The notes: generated by a model not told the origin, from the sequence alone. A stretch of DNA of 64,000 nucleotides from an uncultured Planctomycetaceae bacterium (GCA_963815195.1 CAWFGE010000015.1:384001-448000); one strand, 5' to 3'. Numbered from the stretch's first letter, positions 10,689-22,448 are shown. Numbers and translations are program-made.

Positions 10689-11126
10689 CTACCGCTCGCT
10701 CGTGACGTAATGGTTCGGCTGCTCGAGTTCTTCCCAGAGGCTCTCATCGGTCCAGTCGGTGTTGTCCTCGGCGAGCAATTCCAATTTGGGCTCGCTGTGC
10801 AGCCGATAGCCGCCGTTTTCGTCCGCATCGAAAAACTGCCGGAACCAGAGCATGTTGGCCACGTTGGGCTGCGGGGAATACAGGAAAATCTCGATCCCGC
10901 GCTCGTGGCAGTCGTAGAGCATGCCGAAAAAGCCGCTGGGGACGTATTTCACATAGGCCATGTTGACGCCGATGGCCCGGTGCTTTTCGACATCGACGAG
11001 CCGATGCAGCGTGTCCCTGAGCAAAGCCAGATCGGCACCGTCCCAGATTTCGATGGCCCCCAGATCCATCACCGCGACGTTCTGGTGATTCACGATATTC
11101 ATACGTTGTTTTTTTCGAGACCCCAT
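10689..11126 (-). CDS. STAS domain (anti-sigma factor antagonist-like) protein
   Basis: VNMAYVKYVPSGFFGML matches the STAS phospho-Ser region. Acidic C-terminal tail. Confidence 0.7.
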   Translation of the reverse strand: MGSRKKQRMNIVNHQNVAVMDLGAIEIWDGADLALLRDTLHRLVDVEKHRAIGVNMAYVKYVPSGFFGMLYDCHERGIEIFLYSPQPNVANMLWFRQFFDADENGGYRLHSEPKLELLAEDNTDWTDESLWEELEQPNHYVTSER

Positions 11127-11383
11127 AATCACCTGCCCTTTGAGTCTGCCGTCACAAGGAATGCGTTGTTCGACAAAGAAAACGCCGAACCGACGGGCGG
11201 GGAAAAACGCAAAGCCCGCGCCGCTTTCAGGCCCGCTCGACGGACATTCGCCGTAAACCCCGGTTTGCATTCGGATAATGGAAAATGATCCGCGCCTCGC
11301 CGTGCGGAGATGGAACCGGTGATGTTTCCGCGATGAAACGGCGAAGCGGCGAATGTTGCGTTTGCACAACAAGTTTCCCCTCT

Positions 11384-11409
11384 CGTTCCCAAGGTCCAGC
11401 TTGGGAACG
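11384..11409. repeat. REP-like palindrome (CGTTCCCAAG..CTTGGGAACG family)
   Basis: Hairpin cgttcccaag-gtccag-cttgggaacg. Related copy at 55451-55475. Confidence 0.7.
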
Positions 11410-11509
11410 CACTCCGGGGAAGCCCGATGACGAACAAATCGGACCGCTTTCCCTTGGGGAAGGATCTCGGCATACTGGTTGGAGTTTCCACCCCGAGCCG
11501 AGGCCGCTT

Positions 11510-12626
11510 ATGCGAATCCAAACTGTTGAAGCCATTCCCCTCACCGGGGCCACCGTGGACGGCGGTTGGCCGCAAGGCCACGAGTCGGAAGAAAACCTGC
11601 ACACACTGATCGAAATCACGACCGACGAAGGTCTCACCGGCGTGGGAAGCTGCTTCACGTCGGGCACGCTGGTCCGCGGAGCGCTCGAGTCTGTTGACGC
11701 CGCTCTTAAAAGATGAGTCCGCCGTCGAACCGGAACGCGTCACGGAGAAACTCCGGCGGTCCTCGTTCTGGCAGGGACGCGGCGGCGCGGTGGAGCACGC
11801 CATCAGCGGCATCGACATCGCCTTGTGGGACATCATGGGCAAAGCCTGCGGGCAGCCCGTGTCCCGGCTGTTGGGGGGCAACTATCGCAACCGCATCAAA
11901 CCCTACGGCTCCATCCTGTTCGATGAACCGGACGTGCTCGCGGCCCGATTGGAGGAAACCGTGGGCCGGGGTTTCCGGGCCATCAAAATGGGCTGGCGGC
12001 CGTTCGGCCGGCGGGACCGGAAGTTCGACGAGTTCCTGATTCGCACCGCCCGCAAAACCGTGGGCGACGACATCGAGCTCATGGTGGACGCCGGCGGCAG
12101 CGAGCAGTTCTGGCCGCACGGCCTCAACTGGGCGAAAGAGACCGCGAAGATGCTGGCGGATTATCACATCGTCTGGTTCGAGGAAGCCCTGCCGCCGGAC
12201 GACATCGAAGGCTATATCGAACTTACGAAACAATCGCCGGTGCCGATCGCGACGGGGGAAGTGCTGACCCGGCGGGAGTCCTTTCTGCCGTGGCTCGAGC
12301 GGCGGGCCGTGGACATCATCCAACCGGACTCGACGAAAAATGGCGGCCTGAGCGAATCCCGGCGGATCGCGTGGGCGGCGTTCGATCACAACATCCAACT
12401 CGTCTCGCACGGCTGGAACACCGCCGTGGGCCTGGCCGCCGACCTGCAGCTCGCCGCCGCGATGCCGGTGGCCCGCTATGTCGAATACTTGACGCCCTGC
12501 GCTTACGTGGAGGACCTGATGACGGAGCCCTTTGTGCTCGATGCCGAGGGCTATTTAGAGATCCCCGCGCGTCCGGGCCTGGGCTTTGAACTCGATCACG
12601 ACAAACTCAAGAAATACCGCCGATGA
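11510..12626 (+). CDS. Mandelate racemase/muconate lactonizing enzyme family (enolase superfamily), frameshifted near 11690
   Basis: N-terminus MRIQTVEAI...TDEGLTGVG in one frame, then AISGIDIALWDI, KMGW, MVDAG, WFEE and GE in ORF 11694..12626. Confidence 0.85.
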
Positions 12627-12699
12627 AGTGGGCGGCACGGCGCGAGCCGCTCTCTTGACTAAGCATTGCACCTGTTTCGCACCGCAGATGATTTGGAAG

Positions 12700-12783
12700 G
12701 AAAAAGCCGCGGAGCGACTCCGGGACCTCCAGGCATGGCGTCGCGAGGTGGATGCGGAGATGATGGAGCCAAACCCGGACTAC
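12700..12783 (+). pseudogene. Remnant of a sulfatase C-terminus
   Basis: EKAAERLRDLQAWRREVDAEMMEPNPDY resembles the terminal helix and PNPDY end of arylsulfatase-like proteins. No upstream gene body is present. Confidence 0.5.
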
Positions 12784-12829
12784 ATCCCCGACGACCCGGC
12801 GAAAGCGAAGCCATATCGAGGCAATCTCC

Positions 12830-14527
12830 ATGAGCGGACTCAGGTGCACTTTGTCCTTTGTGATCCTAATTGTTTTCGCGGCCGGTCAAACCGTCGCAGC
12901 GCCGCCGCGGTATGACGCGGACGTTTGCGTTTACGGCGGCACATCGGGAGGCGTTGTCGCAGCGGTCCAAGCGGCAAGGATGGGGAAACGCGTGGTTCTC
13001 GTCGAACCCGGCCGGCACTTGGGCGGGATGACCTCCGGCGGTTTGAGTGCGGTGGACATCGGCGATCCCCGCAGTGTGGGCGGAATCGCCCGCGAGTATT
13101 TCACCGGACTCGTCGCCCGCTACGGTAAGAAACTCCGTTGGGATCAGCCGTTTCGACGCACAGGCGGTCCCGCGACCGGCGGTGCCTACTCCATCGAACC
13201 GCACGTGGCCGAGGCCGTCTTCGACGAGATGGCCAAGGAAGCCGGCGTCATCGTGCTGCGGGACGCGCAGCTCAAATCGGCGAAAAAAGCCGACGCACGG
13301 ATCACGGAGCTTGTCACCGAAGACGGCTCGACGATCCGGGCGAAGATGTTTATCGACGCGACTTACGAAGGCGATCTCCTGGCGGCCGCCGGCGTGACTT
13401 ACACCGTGATGCGGGAGGGAAACGCCAAATACGGCGAAAAGTACAATGGCATCTATTACAGCCCGAAATACAAACCGCGAACCAATCACAAACAACCGGG
13501 GGCCAATGGCCGCGTCCCCGGCGGGCAAGGCGTCTGGGACCGGGATTTTCCGCTCGATCCCTACATCGTGAAAGGCGATCCGTCGAGCGGCCTTTTGCCG
13601 CTGGTCAACACAGGCGAGCCGGGCAAACCGGGAGAGCCGGCCCCGGGCGTTCAGGCCTATTGCTTTCGGTTGTGTTTGACGACCGAGAAGGCCAATCAGA
13701 TGCCCGTCACTCCGCCGCCGAATTACGACCCGAAGCATTATGAGTTGGTCGCGCGATTCATCGAAGCCTGCAAAGCCAATGGCGACGACATGGACCTGCG
13801 CTGGTTCAGCAAGCACGATCCACTCCCCAACGACAAATGGGATTTCAACACCGCCACGTTCGGAGCGAATCTTCCGGGGGCCAACTGGGAATGGCCCGAA
13901 GCGAGTGACCAACAGCGATCGGAAATCGCCAAGAAAATCGAAAACTACCACCGCGGACTGTTGCACTTTCTGGCGACGGATTCGCGCGTCCCGGAGAAAG
14001 TCCGCCGCGAGATAGAGCGGTTCGGTCTTCCGAAAGACGAGTTCACCGACAACGGCGGCTGGCCGCATCAGATTTACGTTCGCGAAGGCCGCCGGATGGT
14101 CAGCGATCTGGTGATGACCGAGCATCACACCTTCGGCCGCAAGACGGCTCCGCGTTCGATTGGGCTGGGCTCCTACGGGACCGATGCCCACGAAATCCGG
14201 CGGATCGTTAAAGACGGCGTGGTGACCCGCGAAGGCAAGATTGCCACCGGCCGCGGCGGGTTTGGCCCTTACCAGATCGGCTATGCCGCCATCGTGCCCA
14301 AACAGAGCGAGTGCGAAAACCTGTTGGTCACCTTCGCATTGTCCGCCAGTCATTCGGCCTTTGCCAGCATCCGCATGGAGCCGGTGTTCATGGTCACCAG
14401 CCAGTCCGCGGCGACGGCCGCTTGCCTGGCCGTTGATGCCGAGACGTCGGTGCAAAAGGTGGACTATGACAAGTTGCGAAGCCGACTGCTGGCCGATCAC
14501 CAGGTTTTAGAATGGCCCGTCCAATAA
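12830..14527 (+). CDS. Secreted FAD-dependent oxidoreductase (FAD_oxidored family)
   Basis: Signal peptide, DVCVYGGTSGGVVAA, IDATYEGDL, YVREGRRM, SIRMEP. Confidence 0.85.
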   Translation: MSGLRCTLSFVILIVFAAGQTVAAPPRYDADVCVYGGTSGGVVAAVQAARMGKRVVLVEPGRHLGGMTSGGLSAVDIGDPRSVGGIAREYFTGLVARYGKKLRWDQPFRRTGGPATGGAYSIEPHVAEAVFDEMAKEAGVIVLRDAQLKSAKKADARITELVTEDGSTIRAKMFIDATYEGDLLAAAGVTYTVMREGNAKYGEKYNGIYYSPKYKPRTNHKQPGANGRVPGGQGVWDRDFPLDPYIVKGDPSSGLLPLVNTGEPGKPGEPAPGVQAYCFRLCLTTEKANQMPVTPPPNYDPKHYELVARFIEACKANGDDMDLRWFSKHDPLPNDKWDFNTATFGANLPGANWEWPEASDQQRSEIAKKIENYHRGLLHFLATDSRVPEKVRREIERFGLPKDEFTDNGGWPHQIYVREGRRMVSDLVMTEHHTFGRKTAPRSIGLGSYGTDAHEIRRIVKDGVVTREGKIATGRGGFGPYQIGYAAIVPKQSECENLLVTFALSASHSAFASIRMEPVFMVTSQSAATAACLAVDAETSVQKVDYDKLRSRLLADHQVLEWPVQ

Positions 14528-14586
14528 TGCCCGCGCACTTCCTTTGGTTTACCGTCGTTCCGCGATTTCTTCACAGGTGCATTCGG

Positions 14587-16266
14587 ATGACATCCCCAGT
14601 TTTCAAAACAAGTCTCAGTCAGCGGACGCTCAGGTTCCTCGCTTTCCTTTGTGTCTCGTTCGCAATTCCCAGCTTGGCCGCAGAGAAAAAGCCGCCCGCG
14701 TTCCCGGGTACGCCAAGCGATTGGCACGGCTTTTCGCGGTACGATTTTGAGGTGGACGGCAAATCCGTTCTGGTGGCCGCTCCGAAGCAACCCGCGCCGG
14801 GGCGGCCTTGGGTTTGGCATGGCGAGTTCTTCGGGCACAAACCCGCCCCCGACATCGCCTTGTTGAAGCGGGGGTTCCACATTGTTTATATGCGGGTTCC
14901 CGACATGCTGGGGGCGCCCAAAGCGGTGGCCCATTGGAATGCGTTTTATCACGAACTGACCGAGAAATACGGGTTCGCCGAGAAGCCCGGGCTCGTCGGT
15001 TTGAGCCGGGGCGGGCTGTACTGTTACAACTGGGCGGCCGCCAATCCGAAAAAAGTGGCCTGCCTTTACGGCGATGCTCCGGTTTGCGATTTCAAAAGTT
15101 GGCCCGGTGGAACAGGCACAGGCAAGGGCAGCCCGCGAGACTGGAAACTCGTCCTGAAGGAGTATGGCTTCCAAAACGATGCGGAAGCCTTGGCGTACGA
15201 CAAGAACCCCGTCGACAATCTCGCCCCGCTCGCTGCGGCGAACGTTCCTTTGTTGCATGTCTACGGAGAAGCCGATGACGTCGTGCCTTGGACAGAGAAC
15301 ACGGGCCTCGTTGCAGAGCGTTACCGCAAGTTGGGCGGGGAGATCACGCTGATTGCCAAGCCAGGCGTCGGCCATCATCCGCACGGACTGGAGGATCCCA
15401 CCCCGATCGTCAATTTCATCGCCGAACATGCTTCCGTCGAGAAGCCCCCCGCCAAATCCGGGCGGAAGGATCCCGTGGGAAAACTGGCGGCCGACCTCGA
15501 ACCGGATCGGCTCGTGGTTTACAAAAAAGCGGCAGGCCGCGAACTCTATTTGCATGTCTTCGAGCCCGAGGGTTGGAAGCCCACGGACCGGCGAGGTTGC
15601 TTTCTGGTGATCCACGGCGGGGGTTGGACGGGGGGAGAACCCCGCCGGATGTATCCCTTCGCCGAGCATCTCGCCGGGTTGGGGCTGGTGGGCATCAGCC
15701 TCGAATACCGTTTGCGGAATCCCCAGCAGGGCACCACGGTTTTTGATTGCGTGAAGGACGGCCGCTCCGCCGTGCGGTTTATCCGCTCTCATGCGGAGAC
15801 TCTGGGGATTGCTCCCAACAAAATCATCGTCAGCGGAGGTTCGGCGGGCGGACATGTCGCGGTCGGCACCGCTTTGTTTGAGGGCATCGATGAAACGGGA
15901 GATGCGACCGAGATTCCCTGCACTCCCAATGCCTTGGTGCTGTTGTTTCCCGTGATCGACACATCCAAAGCCGGCTATGGGAACGCTAAAATCGGCGAGC
16001 GTTGGCGGGAACTTTCGCCCGTTCATCAGGTCCGCGGGAAAGTTCCTCCCACGCTGATTTTCCATGGCACGGGAGACACCGTCACACCCTTTGCCGGTGC
16101 GAAAGCCTTTCACGCCGCGATGCAAAAAGCCGGCAACCGCTGCGAATTGGAAGTCCATGACGGCGGCAAACACGGTTACCTGATGTTCGATCAAGCACTC
16201 TACCTCGACACGTTGAAAAGGACGGAGGAGTTTTTGAGTTCCTTGGGTTTGATTTCCAAACGCTGA
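14587..16266 (+). CDS. Secreted tandem alpha/beta hydrolase (two esterase domains)
   Basis: Two nucleophile elbows, GLSRGG and GGSAGG, plus HGGGW. Start position uncertain. Confidence 0.8.
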   Translation: MTSPVFKTSLSQRTLRFLAFLCVSFAIPSLAAEKKPPAFPGTPSDWHGFSRYDFEVDGKSVLVAAPKQPAPGRPWVWHGEFFGHKPAPDIALLKRGFHIVYMRVPDMLGAPKAVAHWNAFYHELTEKYGFAEKPGLVGLSRGGLYCYNWAAANPKKVACLYGDAPVCDFKSWPGGTGTGKGSPRDWKLVLKEYGFQNDAEALAYDKNPVDNLAPLAAANVPLLHVYGEADDVVPWTENTGLVAERYRKLGGEITLIAKPGVGHHPHGLEDPTPIVNFIAEHASVEKPPAKSGRKDPVGKLAADLEPDRLVVYKKAAGRELYLHVFEPEGWKPTDRRGCFLVIHGGGWTGGEPRRMYPFAEHLAGLGLVGISLEYRLRNPQQGTTVFDCVKDGRSAVRFIRSHAETLGIAPNKIIVSGGSAGGHVAVGTALFEGIDETGDATEIPCTPNALVLLFPVIDTSKAGYGNAKIGERWRELSPVHQVRGKVPPTLIFHGTGDTVTPFAGAKAFHAAMQKAGNRCELEVHDGGKHGYLMFDQALYLDTLKRTEEFLSSLGLISKR

Positions 16267-16279
16267 GGGCTTGCCCGGA

Positions 16280-18163
16280 ATGTCAAAGGTCGTCACGACT
16301 CATCACCTGGACTGCGACGCGCTAATCGCCGGTGGCGGAGCGGCCGGAGTGCCCTGCGCCTTGGCGGCCGCGCGTGGCGGGGCCAGGGTGATTCTCTGCC
16401 AGGATCGCCCCGTCCTGGGCGGCAACGCCTCCAGCGAAGTGCGAATGCACATCGTCGGCGCCAATGGCACAGGCCGCTTCGACCGCGGGCAGGAACTGGA
16501 AACCGAAGCCCGCGAGGGCGGCATCATCGAGGAAATCCGCCTGGAAACTTGCGTGCGAAATCCGCAGCGGTCGGCTGCGATGCTCGATCTGATCCTCTAC
16601 GAAAAATGCCGAGCCGAGCCCAATCTCACGCTGCTGCTCAACACCACCGTGGTCGGCGTGGACAGAGAGGGCGAGCGGATCGAACGAGTCATCGCCACCC
16701 GCGAAAGCACCGAGGATCAGTTTCGGATCGGGGCCAAGATCTTCATCGACTGCACCGGGGACGGGCGGCTGGGCGTGGAAGCCGGGGCCTCCTATTTGGA
16801 GGGGCGGGAAAGCTGCGAGCAGTTCGGCGAATCCCTGGCTCCCGAACGGGCAGACAACAGCCGGCTGGGTTCGACCCTCTTGATGCAAGCCCGCCGGCAC
16901 GACCGACCGATGCCCTTCGTCGCGCCGCCTTGGGCCAGAAAGTTCCGCAAAGACGAATTGGAGCTGCGGCTGTATGCCACGCCCGGCGAGGAAGAACCCA
17001 CGCACGAATACGGCTACTGGTGGGCCGAGTGGGGCGGGACGCGGGATACGATCAAAGACAACGAAGCCATCCGCGATGAATTGCTGGCCATCGTGCTGGG
17101 CGTCTGGGACCATGTGAAGAACGGCCCGCCGGACACATCGGAGACCGACCCGTTCCAGGCATCGCATTGGGCGCTCGATTGGTTCGGCTTCCTGCCTGGA
17201 AAGCGGGAAAGCCGGCGTTTTCTTGGGCAACACGTTCTCACCGAGCGGGATGTCCTCGAATCGAAGCGGTTTGACGATGCGATTGCCTATGGCGGTTGGG
17301 CGCTCGATCTGCATCCGCCCGCCGGGGTCGATGCCGCGAACGAACCGCCCTGCGAGCAACATCCGGTTCCGTATCTCTACGACATTCCACTCAGGTGCTG
17401 CATTTCGCGAGATGTTCCGAATTTGATGTTCGCCGGTCGAAACCTGTCCGCGACGCATGTGGCGTTTGCGTCCACGCGTGTGATGGCCACGTGCGCAACG
17501 GTTGGACAAGGCGTGGGAACCGCGGCCGCGTTTGCCGTCAGAAACAACCTCGATCCTGCGGACCTCACAGCACGCCGCCCCCTCCTTCATGCCGTCCGGC
17601 AACAGTTGCTTCGGGACGATTGTTACCTGATCGGCTGCCGAAATGACGATTCCGAGGATCTCGCTCGCGAAGCGACGATCACCGCGAGCAGCGAACAACC
17701 CGGCGGCGAAGCGATTCATGTCATTTCCGGTCAAACCCGGAGCGTGCACGGAGAACGCGGTGCCCCGCCGGCACGTTCCAATCCGGGAACGCACCGCTGG
17801 ATGTCCGATCCCGCTGACGGATTTCCCGTCGCAATCCAGTTGGATTGGGCGCGCCCCATCACGCCTCGCGAGATTCAGCTCATCTTCGACACCGGCCTGC
17901 ATCGGCACCTGACGCTCAGCCACCACGACGGCTACACGTCCAAAATGGTTTGGGGCCGTCCTCAACCGGAAACGATCCGGGACTTTTCCATCGAAGGGAA
18001 AAGCGGCGAGGAGTGGATTCCTTTGGCGGAAATCCGCGACAATTCCCAACGCCGCTTGGTCCGTTCAATTGAAAAACCACGCCCCGTCACATCCCTTCGC
18101 CTTCTTGTCAACGGGACCAACGGCCTGGACCACGCCCGGCTCTGCGAGATTCGAGTTTATTGA
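16280..18163 (+). CDS. FAD-dependent oxidoreductase with C-terminal discoidin/F5-8-like domain
   Basis: GGGAAG Rossmann motif, LGGNASSE, DCTGDG, KRESRR, STRVMATC. C-terminal ITASS...CEIRVY beta-sandwich. Confidence 0.85.
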   Translation: MSKVVTTHHLDCDALIAGGGAAGVPCALAAARGGARVILCQDRPVLGGNASSEVRMHIVGANGTGRFDRGQELETEAREGGIIEEIRLETCVRNPQRSAAMLDLILYEKCRAEPNLTLLLNTTVVGVDREGERIERVIATRESTEDQFRIGAKIFIDCTGDGRLGVEAGASYLEGRESCEQFGESLAPERADNSRLGSTLLMQARRHDRPMPFVAPPWARKFRKDELELRLYATPGEEEPTHEYGYWWAEWGGTRDTIKDNEAIRDELLAIVLGVWDHVKNGPPDTSETDPFQASHWALDWFGFLPGKRESRRFLGQHVLTERDVLESKRFDDAIAYGGWALDLHPPAGVDAANEPPCEQHPVPYLYDIPLRCCISRDVPNLMFAGRNLSATHVAFASTRVMATCATVGQGVGTAAAFAVRNNLDPADLTARRPLLHAVRQQLLRDDCYLIGCRNDDSEDLAREATITASSEQPGGEAIHVISGQTRSVHGERGAPPARSNPGTHRWMSDPADGFPVAIQLDWARPITPREIQLIFDTGLHRHLTLSHHDGYTSKMVWGRPQPETIRDFSIEGKSGEEWIPLAEIRDNSQRRLVRSIEKPRPVTSLRLLVNGTNGLDHARLCEIRVY

Positions 18164-19624
18164 GCAGCCCCATTTCTCGGTTTGATGGAGTTGACACGGA
18201 CGTGTCGCGTTCGTCTGCGGGCCGGGTCCGCCCTTCAGGGTGCAGCGGGCGGCGGATTCCGGCGGTGTGTGATCCAGTCGCCGGGACGCTCCATACAAAC
18301 CGATCCCCAACACAATCACCAGCACGAAAATCATCGCGCCTAAAATCACCCGGTTGTTCAAAATCGCCGACCAGCGAAACGCTTCGGGCTCCGATTTGCG
18401 GGGTTGCTGTTCGCCCAGTTTCGCCGGTCTCGGAACAAAGTCGGCCTCGAGCAGTTTCTCGAGGACTTGTTGATCGGTTTCGGCCGCCTCGGCGTCGGCG
18501 TCGCCGTAATCGAGCCGGTAGCTCCGCCCAGGCTTCGCCAGAAAATCGACCTCATAGATATTTCCTCGCGCGATAACCCCGGTGATGTTCAAGGGCGGGT
18601 TGTCCCGGTTTTCGAGAACGATCCGAAACTTGCGTTCCCGCTCTTCCGGAAAACGGATGGAGAGATGCTCCCGCGCGAAGCCCTGAAAGTCGATCCGCGT
18701 GAGCGTGGCCTCGCCGATCGCCCGCCAACTCCGCCGAACGCCGTCCACGTCTTCCACCTCCACAATGGCGTGGCGGCTGAAGTTTTGCTCGGGCGTCTCG
18801 ATCGTGAGCGAAGTGATCGGCTCCTGCCGCATGCCGATGAGGATCTGCGTTTGCTTCTCTTTGGGGTCTTGTTCCACCTGAAAGCTTCGGCCGGGATAGG
18901 TCTCGGTCACATCGGACTTGGGGACCTCGCGCGCGCGTTCCTGCCAGAAGTCGATGCGATCGACGCGAAACGGTCGCCGTTGAATCGAGATCCGTTCCTC
19001 GCGGCTGATTTCTTTGGCCCCTTCCAGCCGGCGCGTGAGTTCCAGAAGCTCCGACTGCTCTTTCGCCGTGACATTGTCGATCAGGACCCGCACATGCCGG
19101 CGGTCGGTTTGGGGGAAGGAGACGCTGTCGTGCCGGACATCCACGTAGCGGGAATAATCGAAGATCAGCGAATGGGCGACTTCCTCCCATTGCCCGCCGT
19201 CCGCCGAAGTCTCCACGCGAACCCGCTTTTCGAAGTTGTCCAAGGGCGTGACCAGCGTGAGTCCGTTCGGAGCCGGGTCGTCGGGATCGAGTCTCAGCGT
19301 GATTTCCAAACCGCCGTCGTCGGTCGGGCGGGCGGAGAGAATTTTTCCCATCCATGTTTGGCGCACGGTTTGTGTGCGGGTCGTCTTGATCTGACGCAGC
19401 AGAAAGGGAACAATCTGTCCCGCATCGTCCAAGAGCCGCAAGTCCTCCTGCCCGGTCTGCGTCGCATCATAAATCGGGGAATCCAATCGGACGGAAAGCA
19501 GCTCCTCGCGTTCCAGCGAAGGGATCTCGATCGGCCGCGTGAACTGAAACGCCGGTTCCGCGGTGAAGGCCATCGTGGTCAGAAGCCAAATCAAACCGGC
19601 GGCCCCGCATGTGTGCTTGCTCAT
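18065..19624 (-). CDS. DUF3999-like exported protein with C-terminal membrane anchor
   Basis: ATG at 19624 overlaps the TGA of the DUF2339 gene. Signal peptide, DLRLLD, NRDNPPL, C-terminal TM. The true stop is probably near 18235, because the ORF tail overlaps the convergent gene. Confidence 0.65.
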   Translation of the reverse strand: MSKHTCGAAGLIWLLTTMAFTAEPAFQFTRPIEIPSLEREELLSVRLDSPIYDATQTGQEDLRLLDDAGQIVPFLLRQIKTTRTQTVRQTWMGKILSARPTDDGGLEITLRLDPDDPAPNGLTLVTPLDNFEKRVRVETSADGGQWEEVAHSLIFDYSRYVDVRHDSVSFPQTDRRHVRVLIDNVTAKEQSELLELTRRLEGAKEISREERISIQRRPFRVDRIDFWQERAREVPKSDVTETYPGRSFQVEQDPKEKQTQILIGMRQEPITSLTIETPEQNFSRHAIVEVEDVDGVRRSWRAIGEATLTRIDFQGFAREHLSIRFPEERERKFRIVLENRDNPPLNITGVIARGNIYEVDFLAKPGRSYRLDYGDADAEAAETDQQVLEKLLEADFVPRPAKLGEQQPRKSEPEAFRWSAILNNRVILGAMIFVLVIVLGIGLYGASRRLDHTPPESAARCTLKGGPGPQTNATRPCQLHQTEKWGCSINSNLAEPGVVQAVGPVDKKAKGCDGAWFFN

Positions 19625-22139
19625 AAGTCTTTCTCCTCTTTGCGGGGCGTCTCCAACGCAAAGCTCTCCTGAAATCTGAGATACAGGAACGACCCGCCGA
19701 CCGTCAGGATGCCCAGCGTGATAAATGCGACAATGCGATAGAAGGAATCGAGCCGCGACAGATCGACGAAGAACACCTTCCAGGCGACGATCGCAAACAG
19801 GCCCAATCCCAAATACCTTAAGGACCGTTCCCGCCGGGCGATGCCTCGCAGGATCAGGCCGAGCGCGAACAAAGACCACAGAATGGAGACGCCTCCCGCT
19901 CGCAGACCTTCGACATAAGCGGAGAGAAAAGTGTTCGTTTCGAGCGTCAGATAGAGGAACAGCATGCCCAGGCTGCAAAAGCCCAGAAACCGGCCGACGA
20001 CGCGAGCCGAGAGCCGCCCGCTCAGCCAGGCCGCTGCAAACGCCAGGAATGCGACCACCGCCCCAAAGTCCAGGAGCCGGAGTGCCGCGTCGCGGAACGA
20101 GTACGGCCCCTGATAAAGAAAACTTTGCGTGACATCCCAACTGGGCAAATCGAAGACCAGCAGCTTGATCAACAGGCCGGAAACAAAGACCACCAGCAGC
20201 CCGAGGAGCCAGCGGTTCTCCCGCTCGAGAACCTGCCAGGTCAAAAGTCCGCACATCGCCAGCCACAACAAAGTGAGCAAAGGCAGCTTCATGGGCTGAT
20301 AAAAATAGCCCATCGTCTGGTTGAATTCGAGATGCAGATAAAGAAACAACATCCCGAGGGCGATGCCCGCCGCGAGCCGCACGATCCCCGCGGGAGAAAT
20401 CCATTCGGGAATGTCGTTGTCGCGGGACACAGGCCCGTCGGCATCGAGGTCTTGCTTCCTCATCAATCGGCACGCCCCGGCCAAAGAGGCGATCGGCACA
20501 CCAAACATGATGATCCGCTCCCCGAGGATCCGCAGGTAATCTTCCATAGGGATTTCGGCCAAAGACGGCTGTAGAAATTGAGCCGGAAGATCAATCAGCC
20601 CGAACCGGAACAGCACGATCCCATACAGCAGATAGGCCAACTGCTGCAGAAATCGGCTGCCCAGCTTGCCCGCAATCCACACCATCACAATCGCTTGGAT
20701 CGCCCAACTGGCCGTGATCCATTCCCGCGAGAGCACCAGAGGCATCGTCACCGCCAAAAAGAACGCCGCCAGTCCCATAAAGCTGACGAGCAACTCGCGG
20801 TCGATGATCCGCCACTTGAGAAACACCATCACATGCAACGTGTAAAAGGCCGCGAGCGACAACGTCACGACGGCCACCCACTCCCGGCCATAGACCGGCT
20901 CGATCAGCCAGTACGACAGAGCATAGAAAATCCCCGCGTTCGCGAAGAGGGCCAACAGATCCAGCAGGTTGGATTTGGTCCGATTGACGAGTTGATACAA
21001 AAACGTCATCGTCGAAAACAGCGCGAAGTAGGCGATGGCAAACGGGAACACCTCCCACAGATGACTGGAATTATATTGCTCGAGCGCCGCGAACAGCAGC
21101 CCGAAGGTGGCGGCGAAACTCAGGTAATTGACGAGCCGCCAGTTTCTCCAATAGCAAATGCCCAACACGCCCACGCCCAGAACAACCACGTAACCCAACA
21201 GGCCCGGAAAATTCACCGCGCCGGTGGAGAGCATGACGGGCGTTCCATATCCGCCGATGATTCCCAGCACCGCCACGAGAATTGAATTGAAGCGGACCGC
21301 AATGCCCCCCGCGAGCGCGGTGATCAGACTCATCAGCAGAAAACCGACGGGGACTTCGACGAGGTGGTAGAAGTTGACCGCCGCAAAGACGGCGAAATAC
21401 AAGGTGGCGAGCCCGCCGCCTTGAAGACCCTGGCCCAATATGTCGTATCGCCGACCCAACAGGCGCGTCCCGGCGATCAGCATTCCCAAGCCGGCGATGG
21501 CCGAGAGCGCCACGCGGCCGATTTCATTGATGAGGCCATGCTCGACAGAGTATTTCAGAAAGAAGCCGACACCCACCACGAAGATCAATATGCCGATCCG
21601 CAAAAGCCATTGGCTCGCGATGGCGTACTCCATCGACATCCCCGCGGGGACGTGCTCCTCGCCGACAATGATCCAGTTCCAAATCCGCCGGAGCGTTTCC
21701 TTGGCCGCTGTTTCCCAAGCGGGCGGCTCGCGATGCGCGACCGGGGGAAGCTCGCCGCGGTGCGAAGCCAATACCGGAATCGGAGCCGCCGGCCTCCGCT
21801 CGGGTCTCGCCCCGGCGGGTTCCGGTCTCTCCACAACTTCAATTTCGTCCGGCGGCACTTCCTCGGACGTTTCTTCGACGCCGGGCTTGGGTGGGATCTT
21901 GTGCTGCGGCTTTGGTCTTTTGCTCGACGAGTCCTTCCCATTCGGCCTCTTGGCCGGCCGGTTTCTCGGCGGTCCATCGTTTGAGTTGCTGGCGAAGGTC
22001 GCGGAGTCTCCGTTCGCAGCGATTTCAGACCGGCCTCGTGTTCCCGCCGGAGATTGCTGAGCGTGACCGCGATGATCACCGGCAGCGCAAACACCGCCAC
22101 AAGAACCCCAATGCCCAACAGGAACAGGATTGCATCCAT
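19621..22139 (-). CDS. DUF2339 family multi-pass membrane protein, with frameshift(s) at about 21920-22005
   Basis: Many TM segments, WLLRIG...[16 protein letters not shown]. The hydrophobic N-terminus [11 protein letters not shown] is in another frame (ORF 21585..22157). Confidence 0.8.
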
Positions 22140-22426
22140 GGACGGACCTCGGATCAAGCTCTGCGGAAGCCTGAGTTTCTGGGTGAGAGGACGTAGATAA
22201 AGTCATCATTCTACCCCCAAGGCGGTATCTTTTGGCGAATATCACGCCGCATCCCGGAATTCTTCCCATTCCTTCAGCGACGTGAAAAGTCGTGGCCAGA
22301 CGCGCGTCATAGCCGCATACCCGTGAATCGTGGCCGCTCCCCATTGAATGCGAACAGATCGTGAGGGACATCGGCGGGGCGGCATTTATGGCCCTGGCAA
22401 AAATCCGTCAAACGGATGAACTGTGT

Positions 22427-22448
22427 GTGCCACTGGCTCTGCCAGTGC
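22427..22448. repeat. REP-like palindrome (family B related)
   Basis: gtgccactggctctgccagtgc. Confidence 0.65.

Noticed and set aside
19625..22371. N-terminal extensions of the 802-aa and 916-aa ORFs
   Set aside because: The 802-aa extension overlaps DUF2339 out of frame, and the 916-aa start is an artefact of frameshifts. Better starts are 19624 and 22139.
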